Assembly (NCBI RefSeq): GCF_001194135.2
Contig: NC_068992.1
Coordinates: forward strand, 51,094,937 to 51,139,097
Length of the DNA stretch: 44,161 nucleotides
Reading direction: 5' to 3'
Origin: Octopus bimaculoides
Lineage: Eukaryota
This document shows, piece by piece, positions 36,200-44,161 of this stretch (positions are counted from its first letter, which is position 1; the number at the start of each line of letters is the position of its first letter). The translations under genes were made by a program, and so were the position numbers. A model generated the notes under the pieces. It saw only the letters and a program-made list of their open reading frames with translations. It had not been told where the DNA came from and did no database searches.

Positions 36200-36285
36200 C
36201 ATGAATATATGTATTGATGTGTGTGTGTGTGACTGTGTGTGTATGAGTGCATGTGTGTGTGTGTGTGTGTGTGCTTGTGTACTTT

Positions 36286-36316
<31 letters not shown>

Positions 36317-36605
36317 GTGTGCGTGTGTGTGTGTGTGTGTGTATGTGTATACATAGGTACTGCAAAATGCACCATGATTAATATATACACAGTTGAGATA
36401 TTTGATATTGTGTATTCCCCATACACTTAAATGCTGATAAATATTCACTGTATAACAATAAAAAAAAAAAGCAACTTGTGAAAGGATTTACTAGATGTAG
36501 CAGTTGATGTAGCAGTTGAATCTCACTCAGAAATACTCAGCCAATTTTAAAGAATATATCTCTTATTCCAAAAGCAGTATTAATATAATTTAATATATAT
36601 TTATA

Positions 36606-36646
<41 letters not shown>

Positions 36647-36987
36647 TATATGTATNNNNNNNNNNNNNNNNNNNNNNNNNNNNNNNNNNNNNNNNNNNNN
36701 NNNNNNNNNNNNNNNNNNNNNNNNNNNNNNNNNNNNNNNNNNNNNNNNNNNNNNNNNNNNNNNNNNNNNNNNNNNNNNNNNNNNNNNNNNNNNNNNNNNN
36801 NNNNNNNNNNNNNNNNNNNNNNNNNNNNNNNNNNNNNNNNNNNNNNNNNNNNNNNNNNNNNNNNNNNNNNNNNNNNNNNNNNNNNNNNNNNNNNNNNNNN
36901 NNNNNNNNNNNNNNNNNNNNNNNNNNNNNNNNNNNNNNNNNNNNNNNNNNNNNNNNNNNNNNNNNTATATATATATATATTTATAGA

Positions 36988-37022
<35 letters not shown>

Positions 37023-37044
37023 TATATACATACACATGTGTGTA

Positions 37045-37121
<77 letters not shown>

Positions 37122-37705
37122 ATATATATATATATGTAGTTAAAGTCCTCAGTCTCAGGATATGTCCCAAATGAAAGACACGATATATATAGCCCAACTG
37201 AAAATGAAATGAATTATGATAATTAAAAAATAATTAAATGTCTCTATTTTAAAACAATATATTCTCCGTTAGTATGATAAGTAAGTGATTATTTGATGGT
37301 GTCTTTAAGTCTACATATGTATATTTGCTCAACAATAGCTACCAAAACAATTACAGTAACAACAATATTAATGACTGTGGGCATCATTATCACATATGAG
37401 CATACTCATGCTGTAACCTGCTCTTTGTCTCTTCCACTCATACATGAATATATTCACAGAAACGCCATTGACCTTACTCGAAAAGGCGTTCACCAGACTA
37501 TTGTTGAACTGTGTCTTCACTTTGTAATTTCAATCACTGACATAATAGGCATTGATCTTTTGATCTTATTAATTAGATACCATCTCTATCCTTGCTCATC
37601 ATGCTTATCACATACCCATACTTGATGCAAACATTTCTGTGGTCTTTCATGAATATATGCATTGATGTGTGTGTGTGAGAGTGTGTGTGTGTGTGTGTAT
37701 GAGTG

Positions 37706-37753
<48 letters not shown>

Positions 37754-37972
37754 CGTATACATAGGTACTGCAAAATGCACCATGATTAATTTATACACAG
37801 TTGAGACATTTGATATTGTGTATTCCCCATACACTTAAATGCTGATAAATATTCACTGTATAACAATAAAAAAAAAAAAAGCAACTTGTGCAGAGTGAAA
37901 GGATTTACTAGATGTAGCAGTTGAATCTCACTCATACCCATACTTGATGCAAACGTTTTTGTGGTCTTTCAT
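36200..37972 (+). repeat. Local duplication: 36200-36529 copied to 37648-37934, flanked by a 40-bp direct repeat (37611-37650 / 37933-37972)
   Basis: The unique part is near-identical (TACATAGGTACTGCAAAATGCACC...GAATCTCACTCA); the flanking repeat has 2 mismatches. Confidence 0.92.
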
Positions 37973-38234
37973 AGCTACATGACTGAGCTTCAAGTAGATC
38001 TCCTTCTATCAGACAGCTCTCAGTAAAACTGTACTGTTTGAGCTCTGTTCTTCATCCACAAGCATTGATCTACCATATATCAAACTAAACATCAGCCATA
38101 CTAACCACACTCAGCACATTTTGAGCTCTGAACATCTAAAAGGACATGTGTGGCCCTCTGTGGTGTATATAATCTATATACTTACAGCATTACAATGAAG
38201 CTGTGTGGTTAGAATTAAAATGTCAAAATAATTA

Positions 38235-38382
38235 CTGGACTACAGTTCTATATTTAAGAGATGAGCAATTATGTACCTTATTTACATTATTTATATTATT
38301 TACATTCGATGGATATTTGTCCTCATCTTGTTTATTGTTAACACAATGTTTCAGCTGATATACCCTCCAACCTTCATCAGAG
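38235..38382 (-). mobile_element. SINE 3' tail carrying a decayed minimal hammerhead motif
   Basis: Minus strand: CTGATGA AGGTTG GAGGGTATAT CAGCT GAAAC ATT GTGTT...(AATGTAAAT)n tail. Family assignment is from memory of cephalopod repeats. Confidence 0.65.
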
Positions 38383-38548
38383 AACACCACTGGAAAATAC
38401 GAAACTAAAAGAACCAGCACATATGCTAGGACACAACAACCTCCTAAGCAGACCAAGTGCAGATATGAGCAGCATATTGGAACTGGTATTACGGAAGGAT
38501 AGGAAAATATTAGATTTATAAGCCCTAAAATTCACTCTATAATTGCTC

Positions 38549-38650
38549 ACGGGCATATAGCGTAGTGGTTAAGAGTACGGGCTACTAACCCCAAGATTCT
38601 GAGTTTGATTCCAGGTAGTGACATGAATAATAATAACATCGAAAAATACC
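38549..38650 (+). mobile_element. tRNA-derived SINE head
   Basis: A-box TAGCGTAGTGGTTAAG, B-box GAGTTTGATTCC, then (AAT)n ACATCGAAAAATACCT. Confidence 0.75.
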
Positions 38651-40251
38651 TCTCTTTACTCCTTCTGATGAATTATGTAAACTATAATTATAGTGGTTTC
38701 CTATGAGATGATCATATCATTTTTGCAGCTTATTCTGAAGAAATGCACATAAATACCTAAAAATTTTATGCATAAATATTATAATATGAATTTATCACAG
38801 TCATTTTAATATTTATATTTGTGAAACAGATTTCCCATGCTGTATTCAAACAATTGTAACTACGATATTAAACATAGCACCATAAATTCCAGGTTTTCAT
38901 TTAATGTATTCATGCTCAGCATTCAATATATTTATACCAGAATTTCAGTTTGTATAGTTTTCTTCTTAACTATAAACTGTCTTTGGACATATAATTATAG
39001 AACTGATTGCTTGTATTCTCAGAAGTGCTTCCTGTGGATACAGCTCACATTTTAACTTATTGTATTTTATATATATATATATACATACATACATATATAT
39101 NNNNNNNNNNNNNNNNNNNNNNNNNNNNNNNNNNNNNNNNNNNNNNNNNNNNNNNNNNNNNNNNNNNNNNNNNNNNNNNNNNNNNNNNNNNNNNNNNNNN
39201 NNNNNNNNNNNNNNNNNNNNNNNNNNNNNNNNNNNNNNNNNNNNNNNNNNNNNNNNNNNNNNNNNNNNNNNNNNNNNNNNNNNNNNNNNNNNNNNNNNNN
39301 NNNNNNNNNNNNNNNNNNNNNNNNNNNNNNNNNNNNNNNNNNNNNNNNNNNNNNNNNNNNNNNNNNNNNNNNNNNNNNNNNNNNNNNNNNNNNNNNNNNN
39401 NNNNNNNNNNNNNNNNNNNNNNNNNNNNNNNNNNNNNNNNNNNNNNNNNNNNNNNNNNCGATCTATATATATGTATGTATGTATACAAACACACACACAC
39501 CCACAATATAATTTCTTTTCGAATAATTCCATTGCAATTTACCATCCAGGAGGATCAGAAAGTTTTAAATATTTTGTAATATTCGGAATGTACAACTAAA
39601 AGAGTATTCCATCACAACATTACATTAGATTAAAGGAAACCTATCATTAAACACACTTACATCATGTAATTTCAAATAAGCTTTATGCAAATAAAATTGA
39701 AATTCTGGCAACTTCCTTCTGCACCTTTCATGGCATTTTCTTAAATTAGAAATGTGGTAAATGACAATGCTTCATCTCTTAGAAGATGTATAATAGCTGG
39801 CATTCATTGTAAGGTAATTTTAAGATTCTTTCACTAAACCAAGACATGTTGATTAAATGCATTAAGATATTCTGTATTCAGAGAATCAATGTCATATCTT
39901 ATGCTATTCAATGTATTGTAAGTCTATGTATTAGTTCAAATATATTCACTTTGGATCTAAGCATACAGTAAATTTGATTATAGCCGGTATGTGTAGGCCA
40001 TACGTAGCAACATGTTATTAAGTGTTAAATTTCAATTACTTGCTTAAATGGAATTTAATAAATATCTGCTTTGTGTTCTGAGGAAATTCTTCACTTCCTC
40101 TACTCCCATAATTTATACCGTCTGTCTGTTTGTTTGCAACAAATGTTTGTAATGTGTCCTTCTTTTTCCATGCCATCATCTTTAGAATAAATCTAACAGC
40201 AGATCAAATATATGGAGAGATGTGTAATATTTAATTAGCGCACAGGTTTTA

Positions 40252-40278
40252 TCATCATCATCATCATCATCATCATCA

Positions 40279-40317
<39 letters not shown>

Positions 40318-40388
40318 TCGTCATCATCATCATCATCATCATCGTTGTCGTCATCATCATTGTCGTCGTCATCATCATCATCATCATT
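40252..40388. repeat. (TCA)n/(TCG)n compound microsatellite forming a SINE tail
   Basis: Direct inspection. Confidence 0.93.
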
Positions 40389-40960
40389 TAATGTCCATGT
40401 TTTACGCTGGCATGGGTTGAATGGTTGGAGAGGATCTGATTGATTGGACGACTGCATCATGCTCCACTGTCTTGCGTTGGCATGATTTCTCTGTCTGGAT
40501 GTAGCATGGAGGACTACAAACCCTGAGGAGATAACTTTATGTGAGGAGATGACGTGTTAAAGGATGTGAGAATGGGCCAAGGGTCAGATCAGAGCAGGTG
40601 GAAATGAACACACACTCTCACACACACACACACACACACATGACAGGTTTCTTTTGGCTTCCATCTCACAAAGCTTTGGTCAGCCCAAGGTTGCATTGTA
40701 GAAAATTCTTGCCCAGGGTGCCATGCAGTAGATCTGAACCCAGAGCATTGTAGTTGAAAAGCAAACTTCTTATCACACAGTCATACCTTTACCAATAAAA
40801 GACAAAAAAAATAAAGATACAAAACAAAGGACACATTGGATAAAGTAATCCATGATATAAAACTGAAGCAAAAAAACAAAAAAAAACAGGCAGGATGGTC
40901 ACAGCTAGAATGCCTTTGATCATAGGATGAAGCTAATCAGAACAGACCACGGGCTAAACG
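40385..40960. mobile_element. Decayed SINE cluster (family B tail, family A head on the minus strand, further tail fragment)
   Basis: TTTAATGTCCATGTTTT...GCATGGGTTG; CTTGCCCAGGGTGCCATGCAG...TGAACCC...CTTATCACACAGTCATACCT. Confidence 0.65.
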
Positions 40961-41342
40961 ATGATCTCATCATTGACCTCATTGCAGTAAACATCGACTC
41001 ACCCCTCCTCCTCCTCTTCCTCCTCGTCATCATCATCATCATCATACTAATGCAGAATATATTGAAATATGTTGGGAATTGCCTATTGTAATCAAACTTT
41101 ATAACAAGGTTCATACAAAAATTTCCTTCTTCCTCTTGTTTTTTTCTGTCTCTCATTCTTTTCCTTCCTTTCTTTTAACATATCCCGCCACTCTCTCTTT
41201 CCATTTCTTTCTCTCTCTCTCACTTTTATTTCTTTTCTGTCTCTTCTTTTCATCCATTATTCCTCCTCTGTCCCATCTTGCTCTCCCTCCCACTCTCTCT
41301 CTCTCTCTCTCTCACTGAGAGAGTGTGTGTGCGTATATCTGC

Positions 41343-41379
<37 letters not shown>

Positions 41380-41573
41380 NNNNNNNNNNNNNNNNNNNNN
41401 NNNNNNNNNNNNNNNNNNNNNNNNNNNNNNNNNNNNNNNNNNNNNNNNNNNNNNNNNNNNNNNNNNNNNNNNNNNNNNNNNNNNNNNNNNNNNNNNNNNN
41501 NNNNNNNNNNNNNNNNNNNNNNNNNNNNNNNNNNNNNNNNNNNNNNNNNNNNNNNNNNNNNNNNNNNNNNNNN

Positions 41574-41620
<47 letters not shown>

Positions 41621-42062
41621 CATCTACACATACACTTTAACCTCTTTATTCTAACGCTGACTCCCTGGCCACCTTTCTTTCTGTTTACTCCCACCACCAC
41701 TACCACCACCAGGACACTCTAATCTTTACCATTCTCTCATATGGAACTCTTCAACTATCCATAAAGATGGAATCTAATATATTTCTCTCAATACACTTCC
41801 TGACATGACACTGAATAATGAAACTTCATAGAACAAAGCATGAAAGACTGCTCCAGGAGTAATATGCGTTGGTGTTGTTGCTGTTGTTGGTGTTGTTGCT
41901 GCAATAGTCGTTTGTGTTGTTGTTTTTATTGTTGCTTAATCTCTCACCCATGCCAGGTCAGCATTGATCAAGCAGACCACTTATTAACTTCATTCTACCA
42001 TTAACTACTGTGTCTTTTATCCAGGCACAGTGTACCCAGAACTACAATATTGAGTGTTTCCA

Positions 42063-42103
<41 letters not shown>

Positions 42104-42361
42104 CTTTGCTTACAGATCAAAAGAGTAAGATATGTGAGAGATGAGGCTTCTATTTCTAGCAGACCAGATGACGTACCAGTGATTCCGTCATTGACTCATG
42201 CACAGAAATGGGACTTGTTGTTGTTGTGTACTCACAGTTCAAGATTTTAGTTAATCTATGGATCAGATGTATTCCAACCATGACTCTCCTTTCCTTTTTT
42301 TGTATCAGTGATTATATTTCCCAATGTATCCTTCTTTATTTATGACAATATATAGTGATGA

Positions 42362-42518
42362 GGAGAAATACAGCTTTTATTTCTAGCAAATTAATGAACA
42401 ACATAGAAGAACCTCCCAGCTGATGGCAGACATTTCTGCTCAGTTAGAATCCTTAAATTTTGATAATGTTATTTCAAAATTTATCGATCAAAGAATCACA
42501 GACTTAAATGGAATCTAG
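42362..42518 (+). pseudogene. Possible decayed hAT transposase C-terminal dimerisation-domain remnant
   Basis: QINEQHRRTSQLMADISAQLESLNFDNVISKFIDQRI resembles the ..L..LDFDD(V/I)I..FA end of hAT dimerisation domains, preceded by frameshifted GE.SF..KL-like codons. Judged by eye only. Confidence 0.35.
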
Positions 42519-44110
42519 TTCTGTTAACTATTACTCCAAACTCAGCTACATGCACTGTAAAAATCCATAGTTTTAACAGAATCATATGGGAGAAGCACTC
42601 ACCAGTTAAATGTCTGTGTCAATAAATTACATGCCATAGCTTTGGCATCAATGAGCAAAAGTCATAAAAATGGCTATTCAATAGGGAAAAAGCAGTGAGT
42701 TCCATCTTCCCAATGCCATTAACTAATGGGAAGTGTATAGCCACAGATATGAGTTGAAATTTATTGTATCAACACCATATATTAATAAAAGTGTTGGAAG
42801 TAGCCTAAACAACTGGTACCTCTACTTTGATAAATGAATTTCTCGATCATGTAAACCAATTTTTCGATATTACTATAATAAAAATTCATTGACGCTTATC
42901 AATGTTTTTCATACAGGTTATGGTACTTTACGATGTATAAAATATAAAGCACTGACAACTATTGACACAAGAGCAGGGTGTTATAAATAGACAAACAGAT
43001 GTGAAGTTGCAAAGAGAAACTCAGCAACTCCATCAAAGTTATCTGGATTCAACTGAAGTTTCATTTGAGAGAATATCTAATTAATTTTTGATTGATTAAA
43101 TAAATGAAACAATGCTTTGTTTTTTGCTTTGTCTTTTTTCTTTGAATCAATAAAAGATTTTTGAAGAAAGGAAGAATATCTGATTTTTTTTTTATTTTGT
43201 TCCAAAAAAAAAAAAAAATAAGAGAAAAAGGGAAGAAAGCAAATATGATTAAATTTCTATCCAAGAATGAATGAAGTTAATTTTTCAAAAAAAGGTTTAA
43301 ATGTTCGCACACCCACTCTCTGCAGATAAGGTTATTAGTTTCATTGCTCCCTTAGGGATGAGTTATGACAGGAAGAAGAGTTTAGCTTGCAGTAAATTTA
43401 CAGATTAAGTGATCAGTCAGTACTTGGAGAAGTTATTAAAATAAAGAATAAGGTGGTGGAGGAAAAGGGTAATATTTTTTCTTAAACCAATTTTTAAGCA
43501 ACATCAGCCTTGCTATGCTCCTTATATCCCATTGAATAGAGATTTTCTTTAGATTTGGATCCCTTTCAAAGTTTACAATTTCTGATTAAAAAATAATTTC
43601 TGATTGAAGAAATATTTTCTTTTTTCCATTTTTAATATCTGAATTGACTTTAATAGAAGTGCAATGGACATATAACTGCTTCTTCCTTGACATGGTAGCT
43701 AAGTGATGAAGGAAAAGGGCTTGTAAGATGAAGGTCATAATAATCTATTTCTATGATAAACAAGCTAAACATTAATATTAATGTTATGTTCACTTCAAGG
43801 TTGTGGCTGGGAACCTATTTGTAAATGACATGATTCAAAGAACCATGAAACAATGCAATGCATCTTAGGCACATCCCCAAAAAATGCCAAGAAACTGTCA
43901 CAAATACAAGGATGTAAACAAAACTGTTTCATATTAAACTGACACCTATATAACATTAAATAATCTTGTTCACTTGGATTGAATAAATGAGGAGTTTTCT
44001 TATTGTATTACTGCTGTACTTGACACTGCCATACAGCGACACTCTATTATGAATGTGTGCACGAGTGCAAACACACACACGTACATACACACACAGATAT
44101 ATATATATAC

Positions 44111-44161
<51 letters not shown>

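Noticed and set aside
38355-38521. Strong + strand acceptor followed by about 55 open codons (DIPSNLHQRTP...)
   Set aside because: The acceptor and exon start are the antisense of a SINE tail, there is no good donor, and no protein family is recognisable.
40927-41090. ORF with a hydrophobic segment, or a Pro/His-rich alternative frame
   Set aside because: It derives from a SINE tail plus (CCT)n/(CAT)n microsatellites.

Overview
AT-rich, microsatellite-dense animal genomic DNA from a gapped short-read assembly; most N-runs sit in (TA)n tracts. The SINE families resemble those I recall from Octopus, so a cephalopod source is an inference, not a database match. No intact, identifiable protein-coding gene is present, and most of the supplied ORFs are microsatellite or N-gap artefacts. 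The window holds many tRNA-derived SINEs, an internally deleted mariner, a Tc1 fragment, Tx1/L1-like and R4/Dong-like reverse-transcriptase fragments, a 165-bp solo LTR with a 5-bp TSD, and probable Helitron and hAT remnants. The main result is three type I hammerhead ribozyme folds with intact catalytic cores and unrelated flanks, at 6999-7059 (-), 20298-20400 (+) and 34328-34405 (+). Two degenerate hammerhead-like motifs lie inside short repeats, and the 34.3-kb fold carries a consensus 5' splice site in its stem II loop. Other notable structures are a perfect 36-bp palindrome, a 140-bp foldback, a locally templated insertion with a 40-bp flanking duplication, and a CpG-depletion boundary near 31 kb that may mark the edge of an unrecognised gene body.
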